Source of the DNA: an uncultured delta proteobacterium | GTDB lineage: Bacteria > Desulfobacterota > Binatia > UBA9968 | Direction: 5' to 3' | Length of the DNA stretch: 37,317 nt | NCBI GenBank assembly: GCA_963840855.1 | Contig: CAWJBB010000057.1 | Coordinates: forward strand, 1 to 37,317 | In this document: in pieces, positions 19,716 through 28,839 of the stretch | How positions within the stretch are numbered: position 1 is the stretch's first letter | How the letters are laid out: each line of letters opens with the position of its first letter | Notes under the pieces: generated by a model | Told to the model about the DNA's origin: nothing | The model's input: the letters and a program-made list of their open reading frames with translations, nothing else | The model's database searches: none | Program-made: the position numbers and the translations under genes

Positions 19716-21296
19716 TCACGGCGAGCAATCGAGCCCCCGATTACCCAATTTTCTTTCCGCGATGCAAGCCCGCCTTGTCTGTTCGAACTCCGCGCCAATT
19801 TCCTGGCTGCTGGGATAGGCAGCCCGCCCCGTCGCCAACTCGGCCATGGCCGCCCTGTAGTCCCCCTGCGCGCGAAAGTTTTTCGCCCGCTTTATGTAAG
19901 GCGCGACCCTGGCCCGTAGCTGTTCCCCGCTCAGTTCAGGCGCTATTGGCCGCGCTTCCGGAGTTTTTGATACCATGGCTTCGGGGGCCGTTTTGCCCGG
20001 TAGATATTCAGTGCTTCTCCGTTGCCGTGGTTTCACGGCAACTTTCGACTGCGGCTCTTTGACGATAAGACGCAGGGGTGCGCTGGTCACGTCGCCGGAC
20101 CGGGCTACGACTTCGGCGTTGCCCGCCCGCCACGCTTCCACTTCGCCCCTGGCATTGACGGATACGACGGCGGCATTATTGCTCGCCAAGACCCATCCGC
20201 TGGAAAGAGTTTTCTCGGTGCCGTCGGAATACTTGCCCGTTACGTTGAGCACGATACTTTCCAGCGGCTCCAGTTCTTTTTTATAAGCGTCTATGGTCAA
20301 CGCTATTAACGCCGGCGCCGGTTTCGACGGCAAGGATTTTACCGCGAGGGTCCAGGCGGAGCTGGAAACCCCGTCGTAGGTAGCGGTGATTTCTGTCGTG
20401 CCCGATTGCAGCGCTGTGACCCGGCCCTCGGCGTCGACCTTGGCCACCCGAGCATTGCTGCTCGACCACTTGATGGCGGTCGTGATTTCGTCTTCCGATC
20501 CGTCGGAAAACCGGCCTCGAAGAGAAAGGGCCAACGTTTCCTCGGGCTTGAGCTCTTGGCGCGCGGCATAGATCCCGAGCTTTAGGACTTTCGGCGCCGG
20601 AACCGGTTCCGCAGTGGATCGCATTGGAACGGGCGCCACCGCCGTGACCGCTTCGTCAGTCACCGGTGCCGAGTCCCGCCACAGCGCAATTACTCCGATC
20701 GCCAAAACAAGCGCAACGCCAGCGCCAGCAATGATCTTCCATGGCACCGCGTTCTTTCCTGACGAATCGCGCTGGGTTCGGATTTCGTGTTCGGCTCTCC
20801 GCTCCGCTCTTTCGACTCCAGTAATTATTACTTCAGTTCGAGTCTGGTTGGCATTCTGTCCGGGCGGAGTTCTTGGCTTGGACTCAAACGTACCAGGCCG
20901 CGCCGGTTTGCCGATAAGCAATTCGATATCGGCGATTAGCTGGCGCGCCCCGAGAGACTCACCTACTCCATCCCAATCAGTTAAGTCCGCAGCCTGGATG
21001 GTGCGAAAACCGACCGGCGGATTGACCGTCTCGATCAGCACCGGCAAGAGCTTCCTACGCATCCGCCCCTCCTCCGCTTCTTCCTTGACCCAATCGCTTT
21101 CAATAGAATGAGACGACCACAAAACCACCATGCAGCGCATGTCGCGCAGCGCCGTTTCGAGCATCCTGCGCCAGGTGCGGCCCGCAGGAATGCGCCGGTC
21201 CCACCAGACCGTCCATCCGGCCTTGACGAGCAGCCTTGACAACCGGCGCGCCACGTCGCGGTCCTCTTTCGCGTAACTCAAGAAAATATCAGCCAT
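19716..21296 (-). CDS. TIR domain membrane protein with two Ig-like (Big_2) domains and a C-terminal TPR-like helix pair
   Basis: TIR_2 at aa 1-128 (DIFLSYAKED, VWWDRRI, SDWVKEE). TM at aa 186-206. Ig-like repeats at aa ~237-320 and ~330-413 (FSDGS..WSSSNARVAKVDAEGRVTALQSGTTEITATY; YSDGT..SNNAAVVSVNARGEVEAWRAGNAEVVA). Confidence 0.88.
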   Translation of the reverse strand: MADIFLSYAKEDRDVARRLSRLLVKAGWTVWWDRRIPAGRTWRRMLETALRDMRCMVVLWSSHSIESDWVKEEAEEGRMRRKLLPVLIETVNPPVGFRTIQAADLTDWDGVGESLGARQLIADIELLIGKPARPGTFESKPRTPPGQNANQTRTEVIITGVERAERRAEHEIRTQRDSSGKNAVPWKIIAGAGVALVLAIGVIALWRDSAPVTDEAVTAVAPVPMRSTAEPVPAPKVLKLGIYAARQELKPEETLALSLRGRFSDGSEDEITTAIKWSSSNARVAKVDAEGRVTALQSGTTEITATYDGVSSSAWTLAVKSLPSKPAPALIALTIDAYKKELEPLESIVLNVTGKYSDGTEKTLSSGWVLASNNAAVVSVNARGEVEAWRAGNAEVVARSGDVTSAPLRLIVKEPQSKVAVKPRQRRSTEYLPGKTAPEAMVSKTPEARPIAPELSGEQLRARVAPYIKRAKNFRAQGDYRAAMAELATGRAAYPSSQEIGAEFEQTRRACIAERKLGNRGLDCSP

Positions 21297-21440
21297 AGCT
21301 TCCCGTCTTAGCCCGCACGGCGCCGTAATAATGCCCTATCGAAGGAGTAATCGGTAGTCCGAGCTGAGGAGTGTCGTCGCGTATTTACCGATTAAGTCAT
21401 GCGCTTGAATAAATCAAGCGCCACTCGTACCGCTTTGCGG

Positions 21441-21530
21441 GTTTAAGCCGTTCCAGCCGTTCAACTCGTTCAAAGGGTGACCTGTCCGAAAATCGTTTTG
21501 AACGGCTTGAACGATTTGAACCCTTTGAAC
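21441..21530. repeat. Inverted element of tandem 9-mers (GTTC.....)x4 ... (.....GAAC)x4
   Basis: GTTTAAGCC GTTCCAGCC GTTCAACTC GTTCAAAGG, an 18-bp spacer, then GTTTTGAAC GGCTTGAAC GATTTGAAC CCTTTGAAC. Confidence 0.9.
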
Positions 21531-21611
21531 GCTCTAATTAGGCTTAGTTTGACCCCGCGGCGACAAGGATGATAAACCATCGGTCATAGATATCTTCCAA
21601 AGGAGTTTCAG

Positions 21612-23096
21612 ATGGCTGGATCATCAACCATTGAGACCGATGTTGCGATCATTGGCGGCGGCGGCGCGGGGATTCCCGCCGCTATCGAGGTTGCGCGGGC
21701 GGGCGGCAAATGCATCGTCCTGGAGCAGGCAAACGAATGCGGCGGCACTGCGGCAATTTCAGGCGGCGGCTGTTGCATCGTCGGCACACCCTTGCAAAAA
21801 GCCCAAGGCATCGAGGACACGCCGGATATCGCCTTTGAAGATTGGGTGAAATGGGGCGGCGGGGCGGCGGACGAAGTGTGGGCGAGATATTATCTCGAGC
21901 ACACGCTGCACGACCTCTATCATTGGGCGGAGAGCTGCGGCGCCAAGTGGGTCGATATGAAAGTTCAGGAAGGCAACCGCGTATTGCGCTGGCACCGGCC
22001 GGACAACAATGGACTGGGATTGATGATCGCGCTCATCAAAACAGCCGAATCAATACCGAACATCACGATCATGACATCGACCAGCGTGGGCCAACTGCGC
22101 ACGAACAATGGCCGCGTCAGCGGCGTCACGGCGAGTAGAAACAATGAAGCCATAGAAATTCACGCCAAAGCCGTCATAGTCGCCACCGGCGGATTCAATT
22201 CCAATCTCGACATGGTTTTGGATCACCGGCCCGAGTTTAGGAAGTTCAAAGTCATGGAAGGTTCCGGCTTCGGCGCCAAGGGCGAAGGCCACAAGATGAT
22301 CAAGGAGCTGGGCGGCTACTTCACCCACATGGAGCAAATCTGGTTCTACGTTTACGCCACTCCCGATTACCGCGACCCAAAGCAAAGACGCGGTTTGGTC
22401 TTTCGCATGGTGCCAGGCTACATCTGGTTCAACCAGCAAGGGAGACGATTTCACAACGAGTCGCTCACCGGCGGCGCGTCGGCGACCCCGGCCCTGCTCG
22501 CGCAAAATCCGCCGCACGCCTGGGCGATTGCCGACACGCCGATGCTGGCAAAGATCGACGTTGCCGATCCTTATTATCGCCGCGGCGACGTCATCGACCG
22601 CGCGAAGGTCGAAGAACTGCTCAACAATTCGCCCTATATCAAAAAAGCCAACACCCTCGAAGATCTCGCCAAGAAAACCGGCGTGGAGGACGTTAAAAAT
22701 TTTCTCGCGGAGATCGAAGAGTACAATAAATGCTTCGACAAAGGTCTGGAGAGGGATCCGAAGTTCGGCAAGTCGCTGAAGCAATCGAAGAAGTTCGACG
22801 CTCCACCCTACTACGCGATTCAAATTTTTCCGCTGGCGCGGAAAAACTTCGGCGGCGTGAAAACCGATCTGCAATGCCGCGTACTGAATAAATATTTCGA
22901 ACCGATCCCGGGCTTGTACGCGGCTGGGGAAGTTTCCGGTATGGCCGGCGGCCATATTAATGGCAAGGCCGGTCTAGAAGGGACGATGCTCGGCCCGTCG
23001 ATCTTCAGCGGCAGGGTCGCCGGCGCCTGGGCTGCTAACGAAGCCGGTTTCGGCCCGGGCTTTGTCGGCAAGCCGAACCGGCCCGAGCTGGACTAA
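21612..23096 (+). CDS. FAD-dependent oxidoreductase (FAD_binding_2; flavocytochrome c flavin subunit/KstD-like fold)
   Basis: DVAIIGGGGAG, GGTAAISGGG, VIVATGGF, NQQGRRFHNE and IPGLYAAGE motifs. RBS AAGGAG. Confidence 0.9.
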   Translation: MAGSSTIETDVAIIGGGGAGIPAAIEVARAGGKCIVLEQANECGGTAAISGGGCCIVGTPLQKAQGIEDTPDIAFEDWVKWGGGAADEVWARYYLEHTLHDLYHWAESCGAKWVDMKVQEGNRVLRWHRPDNNGLGLMIALIKTAESIPNITIMTSTSVGQLRTNNGRVSGVTASRNNEAIEIHAKAVIVATGGFNSNLDMVLDHRPEFRKFKVMEGSGFGAKGEGHKMIKELGGYFTHMEQIWFYVYATPDYRDPKQRRGLVFRMVPGYIWFNQQGRRFHNESLTGGASATPALLAQNPPHAWAIADTPMLAKIDVADPYYRRGDVIDRAKVEELLNNSPYIKKANTLEDLAKKTGVEDVKNFLAEIEEYNKCFDKGLERDPKFGKSLKQSKKFDAPPYYAIQIFPLARKNFGGVKTDLQCRVLNKYFEPIPGLYAAGEVSGMAGGHINGKAGLEGTMLGPSIFSGRVAGAWAANEAGFGPGFVGKPNRPELD

Positions 23097-23160
23097 AACG
23101 GTTGTGCGTCGACCGGATTTATTTCCGGCGAGATTGCGATCCTCTGTATGTGGAGCAAAC

Positions 23161-25521
23161 TTAACCGCTGTCCACCGGCAGGGAAAAATAAAAAGTCGTC
23201 CCCTTGTCCTCTGCGCTCTCGACCCAAATCTTGCCGCGGTGGGCCTCGACGATCATCTTGCAGATGGCTAGGCCGAGGCCGGTTCCCTTCTCAGCGTATT
23301 CTGTTCCGCTTTTAGTTTGATGATATTTCTCGAAGATCCAGGACAGCTCTGCCCGGAAATCCCGACACCACTGTCTTTGACCCAAGCTATAATATTCCCA
23401 TCAACTGCTGACAGCCAACCGAAATTTCACCGCCGGCGCCGGTGAACTTGAGCGCGTTGCTAAGCAGATTGGATATAACCTGTTTCAATCGCCGCCGCGT
23501 CGGCCCTGATTTTCGGCAATGGCTGAGAGGATGCGTTTTTCAGCTGAAATATTTTTCTCCCGCGACCAGAGAAAATACATTGTTAAGGCAATTCTGTACC
23601 AACTGGCCCAGAGTCTATCTCCTTCTTGACGAGATGGACGCGCCCCGCTTCCAAGTGGGAAACGTCCAAGAAGTCGTTGACAATTTGCACCATATGCTTG
23701 GCGTTGTCTTGTATTTTGCCGAGCCACTTCTTTTGTTCGTCGTAATGGACCTCACCCGCCGCATTCTCTCGCAGCAACCCCGCAACTCCGGCAACAGCCA
23801 TGAGAGGGGAACGGAGATCGTGGACAATCATCGCGCTGAAATCCGCCCGGTCTAGGTTGGCTCGTGCCAGCTCTCCCGTGCGTTCCTTCACGAGCCGCTC
23901 TATCATCGCGGTGCGACCCGAGACGACAAGAGAAACGCTCCCAAGACGCCAGTGAAAAGCAGCCCGCCGAAAAGCACGCTCCATACCTGCCATGAGCGTT
24001 GCAGGGCGAAAAATTCCACCGTTTGGATAAACTGCAACACGCCAGCGCCGGTCAGCCACTAAGACCGTGCTGGTTTTTCGTAGCGACGCGAAGTCGGGCC
24101 TGGCTTCCTTAACGCGCTGGCGGAATAGCGTTGAATTAATTTTGAATTCTTATCATCGTCCCAGATCTCCAATTGAACGCCCGGCTCGCGAACCAGCTCC
24201 ACGGACGTAGCCATCAAGTCAGGAACGCGAAACGCTCCACCGACGTAACCGGAAATGATTCCGACGCCGCGCCTCGACGGTGTCATGTGGCGACCCCGGC
24301 CGGTAAACCGGCAGGAATGCAACGACACCCCATTGGTCTTGCGTTTCTCCCAGCAACTTGATCGGAGTGGCCGCTCCGGGCCGAGTCTTCGTCGCGTGCT
24401 CGGCGTAGTCCCTCGGCTATCAGCGGGTTTGCGGCCAAGTCAAAACCTAACGCAAATCGGTTTTCTTTGTACGGGGCCAACGAAGTAGACCGGCGCATAA
24501 TGTTTCGCGGGGTTCGGCTCGCACGAGTCGTCCCTGTGGATCGACTTCGCGAATTTCGAAATCTTCGTAACTCCCGCGCCGGGCGGCTTCTTCAAAGTTC
24601 CTGCGCTCTTGATGGGTTATTATCGGATTCCAGCTCAACCTTTGAATACCGGAAAACGCGATCCATTAAATCTGTTGCATAGACTTCGAATTCCTGCTCG
24701 CGTGACCTGGTCGGAAGCCGCATAAAACTTGATAGAGAGTGGAGGGTCTCCACAGACTCATCGATTTTGTCCTGCAAAATACGCGTCAAGTTATCAGCGC
24801 GCCGCTCGAACTCGGCCTTGATGCGCTGGTCTTCGCGGTCATTTGCATAAACAAAAAGGAGACGACTGTAATCAGCGGCACGTGCAAAGCGGAACGATGA
24901 CCTGGCTTGCGACGCGTTACCCAAAGCTCGCGCGGCTGGGCGAGCCAAACCAAGAGTACCGGCGTCACGCAGACGACACCGAGAGCATCGCCGACCCACC
25001 AGGTAATCCAGTTAACAGGAGCGCTGCGCGAACTCGATGACGCCCGCAGACAATAGGCTCGCAACTCCCCAGGTCGCACTAATCAAGCATGCTGCGGGTC
25101 CCGCCAAGAGCAGAAACAAAACAACCTCACGCTCCTGAGCCAGCGGGTTTGGAAACCCGGCATAACGGCGTACTAGAAACGCTCCTGCCAAAGCTTGCGC
25201 CGTGGCGCCGAGACTCAACACTGGTGCCCAGAAGGATCAGCGGTAAGCTTGAATTGGGCACCGTGCCATGCGGTCTCGATCCCGAGGTTGACGCAAGATC
25301 ACGATCCAATTAGGATACGCCGGCCAGACGCGATACCCGTAGAGGAGAATTCCAACGAGGGCGATACCTGCCGGCGGCCACACCGGGGCGGTATAACCGG
25401 GTGGAATGGCGAGCAGCATAGAGAGCTTGCCGGCGCCATAGTAAGCGGCGGCAAGCGCGAGAATTCTTACAACAGAACGATAGGGATTTCGGAGGAACAG
25501 TTCTCTAAGATGTTTGAGCAT
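23161..25521 (-). pseudogene. MASE1-CHASE sensor histidine kinase broken by roughly ten frameshifts
   Basis: Fragments in collinear order: MASE1 (AIPPGYTAPVWPPAGIAL; WITWWVGDALGV), CHASE (EFERRAD..VETLHSL; ALGFDLAANP), HisKA (IVHDLRSPL), N-box (QVISNLLSNALKFT near 23440-23485), G-box ([24 protein letters not shown]). Confidence 0.8.
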
Positions 25522-25571
25522 TTGCGGCCGTAGTCCCGGCTCACGGTCCTGTAGGGGTGGACATCTGCGAG

Positions 25572-25600
25572 AATGTAGGGGGTGAACATGAATAAGTCAA
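25572..25600 (-). promoter_or_regulatory. Putative sigma70 promoter of the MASE1-CHASE kinase
   Basis: TTGACT (25600-25595), 17-bp spacer, TACATT (25577-25572). Confidence 0.45.
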
Positions 25601-25669
25601 CACTGCAGGTAGCGGGATCGGGTAATCCATCCACCCAACTTTGGCAAAGTTTGCGCGCTCTGGCGCGGG

Positions 25670-25698
25670 TTTACCGATAGGCGGTTTTGCAGTATGGT
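25670..25698 (+). promoter_or_regulatory. Putative sigma70 promoter of the molybdopterin oxidoreductase
   Basis: TTTACC (25670-25675), 17-bp spacer, TATGGT (25693-25698). Confidence 0.4.
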
Positions 25699-25709
25699 CG
25701 AGTTTAGTT

Positions 25710-28109
25710 GTGGAAACCTCTCTAGCGAGTTCTATCTCCCAGATTCGCGGCTACTGCCCCCTGTGCACGGCGCACTGCGCGACCATCGCTACGGTGGAAA
25801 ACGGCCGCGTCACGCGCCTCGACCCGGATCACGACCATCCCAACGGCGGCGTGATGTGCATCAAGGGCAAAGCCGCGCCGGAGCTCGTCTATCACCCTGA
25901 TCGTTTGAATTTCCCTCTCAGGCGCACTCGTCCGAAAAACGATTCTGATCCCGGCTGGCAAAGAGTCAGTTGGGACGAGGCGTTAGACGATATCGCGCGG
26001 CGGCTCCTGGAGATTCGCGAGCGCTCTGGCGCGCAAGCGATGGCTCTCGGTAAGGGAACCAAGAGCGGCACGTCGGTGGATGATGTCGAGCGCTGGCTGG
26101 GCCGTTTCCTTTGTCTCTACGGCAGCCCCAACTGGGTTTCGACCACCCACGTGTGCAACTGGCATAGAGACACCGGTTTCAGTTTTACCTTCGGCACGAG
26201 TCTGCCGACGCCCGATCTGGCGCACAGCAAGACGTTTCTCCTCTGGGGTCACAATCCAAGCTCGACCTCGCTGATCCTCGCTCACGATATTGTCGAGGCC
26301 CGTGCCAGAGGAATGAAAACGGCCGTCGTCGACCCGCGCCGTGTCGGCATTGGCGCCAACGCGGACATGCTTTTGCAACCGCGACCGGGAACCGACGGCG
26401 CGCTCGCGCTGGGCCTAATCCACTGCCTAATGGAAGAGAGCTGGTACGACGCACCATTCGCGCGTCAGTGGACCAACGGCCCGTTTCTGTTGAATACCGG
26501 AAATGGCCAAGTCGTGACCGAGGCGGATCTCACTTTTGAAGGAAGCCCTAACCGAATGGTCGCGTGGGATGAATTCAAAAACACCGCCGTGATCTACGAT
26601 TCAACGACCGGAACTTATGAGTATGACGGCGTGCATCCGGCGTTGTTTGGCACGCGCTCGCTGAGAGGAAAAGACGGCGACGAGATATCGTGCAAGCCTG
26701 TCTTCGAGCGCCTGGGCGAAATCGCGTCGGCCTTTGCGCCGGAAAAATCCGCAACGATAACCTGGGTGCCGCCGGAGAAAGTGTGGAAGACGGCGCTGCT
26801 GCTCGCGCACAACCGCCCCGTGAGCATGTACATGTGGAACGGCATCGGCCAGCACACCAACGCAACACAGACCAGCCGCGCTATCGCATCTTTATACGCG
26901 CTGCTCGGCGACTACGACCGCCAGGGCGGCAATGTGAACTTTCCAAAAGTGCCCACTAACGACGTGAGCGGCAAAGAATTTTTGTCCAGAGAAGCCGCGG
27001 CGATTCGCGTTGGCCGCGAGAAAAAGCCGCTCGGTCCTCCGGCATCGCCCGGTAACTGCGCTGCTTACGATATCTTCACGGCAATTCTGGACGAGAAGCC
27101 GTATCCGATAAAAGCGTTCGTCGCATTCGGCTGCAACCCGGTGATGTCCAACGCGGACCCGCGCCGCGCGCGCGAAGCTCTGCGCAAATTGGCATTCGGC
27201 GTCGCCATCGATCTTTTCATGACACCGACGGCGGAGCTTTGCGACTACGTTTTGCCCGCGACCAGCTTCCTGGAGATGTCCAACATCACCACCGCCTTCG
27301 AGCATCGCCCTTCGGGTAAAACTCATCTGCAGTATCGCCCGGCAGTCGTTGAGCCGCTTGCCGAACGGCGCTCCGACACCTGGATACTTTTCGAATTAGC
27401 CAGGCGCATGGGCATGTCGGAGCATTTTTGGAACGGTGATATCGAGGCTGGTTACGAGTATGAATTGGCGCCAAGCGGAATCACGTTGGAGCAGCTAAAG
27501 AGTGAGCCGGGTGGTATTTCTCGGCCGGCGAATCCCACCTACGAGAAGCACACGAAGCAAAATAAGGACGGCACCCTGCGCGGCTTTGCCACGCCGTCAA
27601 AGCGAGTCGAACTCTACAGTCTCAAGTTCGCGGCGAACGGATATCCCGCAATGCCCGAGTACATCGAGCCGTCGTTAAGTCCGTTGAGCCAACCCGAAAT
27701 TGCATCGGCATACCCGCTCGTGCTGACCAATGCAAAATTCACCACCTACGTTCACAGCCAGCAGCGCGCGCTCACGAGCCTGCGCAAAGCCTCCCCTGAA
27801 CCCACGGCCGATATTCATCCGGAAACCGCGCTCCGTTACGGTGTGAAGAACAAAGAATGGATGGTCGTCGAAAGCCCGCGCGGCGCCGTCAAGGTCAAAG
27901 CGCGCGTGACCGCCAACATCGTCGCCGGTGTCGTCTGTGTCCAGCATGGCTGGTGGCAAGGGTGCAAAGAACTCGAATTGCCTGGATACGATCCGTTTGA
28001 ATCGAACGGTGCCAATCCCGGCACGCTCATCGGCACCGACCTCAGCGATCCCGTCAGCGGCTCTCTGCCGCACCGGTCGTATCTCTGCCGCGTCCGCCCG
28101 GCTCAGTAG
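25710..28109 (+). CDS. Cytoplasmic molybdopterin (bis-MGD) oxidoreductase, acetylene-hydratase-like subfamily
   Basis: N-terminal CxxCxxxC..C 4Fe-4S motif (CPLCTAHC...CIKG), HPDRL, SWDEALD, GSPNW....VC, PGTDGALALG, DLFMTPTA.LCDYVLPA, IHPETA. No Tat signal. Start uncertain; GTG 25710 preferred. Confidence 0.9.
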   Translation: METSLASSISQIRGYCPLCTAHCATIATVENGRVTRLDPDHDHPNGGVMCIKGKAAPELVYHPDRLNFPLRRTRPKNDSDPGWQRVSWDEALDDIARRLLEIRERSGAQAMALGKGTKSGTSVDDVERWLGRFLCLYGSPNWVSTTHVCNWHRDTGFSFTFGTSLPTPDLAHSKTFLLWGHNPSSTSLILAHDIVEARARGMKTAVVDPRRVGIGANADMLLQPRPGTDGALALGLIHCLMEESWYDAPFARQWTNGPFLLNTGNGQVVTEADLTFEGSPNRMVAWDEFKNTAVIYDSTTGTYEYDGVHPALFGTRSLRGKDGDEISCKPVFERLGEIASAFAPEKSATITWVPPEKVWKTALLLAHNRPVSMYMWNGIGQHTNATQTSRAIASLYALLGDYDRQGGNVNFPKVPTNDVSGKEFLSREAAAIRVGREKKPLGPPASPGNCAAYDIFTAILDEKPYPIKAFVAFGCNPVMSNADPRRAREALRKLAFGVAIDLFMTPTAELCDYVLPATSFLEMSNITTAFEHRPSGKTHLQYRPAVVEPLAERRSDTWILFELARRMGMSEHFWNGDIEAGYEYELAPSGITLEQLKSEPGGISRPANPTYEKHTKQNKDGTLRGFATPSKRVELYSLKFAANGYPAMPEYIEPSLSPLSQPEIASAYPLVLTNAKFTTYVHSQQRALTSLRKASPEPTADIHPETALRYGVKNKEWMVVESPRGAVKVKARVTANIVAGVVCVQHGWWQGCKELELPGYDPFESNGANPGTLIGTDLSDPVSGSLPHRSYLCRVRPAQ

Positions 28110-28122
28110 CATAAAAGTTGCC

Positions 28123-28158
28123 GTTCCAAACGTTCAAGCTGTTCCAGTCGTTCACAGA
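28123..28158 (+). repeat. Single arm of four 9-bp GTTC... units
   Basis: GTTCCAAAC GTTCAAGCT GTTCCAGTC GTTCACAGA, starting 13 bp after the oxidoreductase stop. Confidence 0.8.
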
Positions 28159-28210
28159 AGGGGACAGTCCCCCTTCGGAATTGGGACTATCCAAGGACTA
28201 TCCCCTTTTT
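28157..28210. repeat. REP-like GGAC(A/T)(G/A)TCC palindrome cluster, possible terminator
   Basis: AAGGGGACAGTCC (28158-28170) pairs with GGACTATCCCCTT (28195-28207) with one mismatch. A third GGACTATCC lies between them and a T-run follows. It sits between convergent genes. Confidence 0.7.
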
Positions 28211-28221
28211 CAGCGTCTAGT

Positions 28222-28839
28222 TTAGTTCGCGGATTTGAGATCAGCTACCAGCGCGGTGAGGATTTCTTCCAACGCTTGACTCCAGCCTCGCACCAACGCC
28301 TCCGGCGACCGGCGGCTTACATCGACGGTTCTTGCGTAACTTTTTTCCAGGACGATCTGTGATCTTCCGTCCGCCTCTTTAGTCAAGAAAAACTCCATCT
28401 CCAAAACCGCCTTGGGCGCGCTGCCGTTGCGAAAATCCCCGTACAAGCCGCTGACAGCGGCCTGCAAGACATGGGTCGGTTGCAGCTGATTCGACGAGCC
28501 GATGACATGCCGGAACACCTGCGACTGAGCCAAACCCTTGCGCAGCTCCTCGGTAATAAGCGCCGCCGGCGCCACCAAGAACTGGTTATAGAAGTCGGAC
28601 TCGTAGCGCGCGTCCGACGTGCGGTAGACGAAACTTTTTTCTGTGTATCGAGGCGATATCTGCACGTCGGCAACCTCCACGACGCCGTTTCCTGACGTCG
28701 TGGGCGGGTTCACGTTGCGCTTCACCTCGATCACGAAAAAGTGCTGATCGGGATAGCCCCTCTCGAAGCTGACGCAACCGGAGCAAAAAACGAGCAGAGC
28801 CGCTAAGGCATGCGAGCCAATGATGAAACCCGCGTTCAT
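28222..28839 (-). CDS. ABC-type transport auxiliary lipoprotein (PqiC-like)
   Basis: Lipobox CSG-C; FVYRTSD..YESDFYNQFLVAP; last gene of the mla-like operon, overlapping the upstream stop. Confidence 0.82.
   Translation of the reverse strand: MNAGFIIGSHALAALLVFCSGCVSFERGYPDQHFFVIEVKRNVNPPTTSGNGVVEVADVQISPRYTEKSFVYRTSDARYESDFYNQFLVAPAALITEELRKGLAQSQVFRHVIGSSNQLQPTHVLQAAVSGLYGDFRNGSAPKAVLEMEFFLTKEADGRSQIVLEKSYARTVDVSRRSPEALVRGWSQALEEILTALVADLKSAN

Noticed and set aside
17327-21530. GTTC arrays as alphaproteobacterial LexA boxes (GTTC-N7-GTTC) or integron attC sites
   Set aside because: The spacing is N3 or N5, not N7. attC sites run RYYYAAC...GTTRRRY after a stop, whereas these run GTTC...GAAC, and no integrase is present.
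22050-22955. 301-aa minus-strand ORF
   Set aside because: It lies antisense to the well-supported FAD oxidoreductase and has no motifs.
25641-25656. Sigma54-like TTGGCA...TTGC
   Set aside because: The GG-to-GC spacing for the TTGC is 8 nt rather than the required 10.
25641-25709. TTG 25641 start for the molybdopterin enzyme, read as a signal peptide
   Set aside because: There is no twin-arginine motif, and a plausible promoter lies inside this stretch, favouring a later start.
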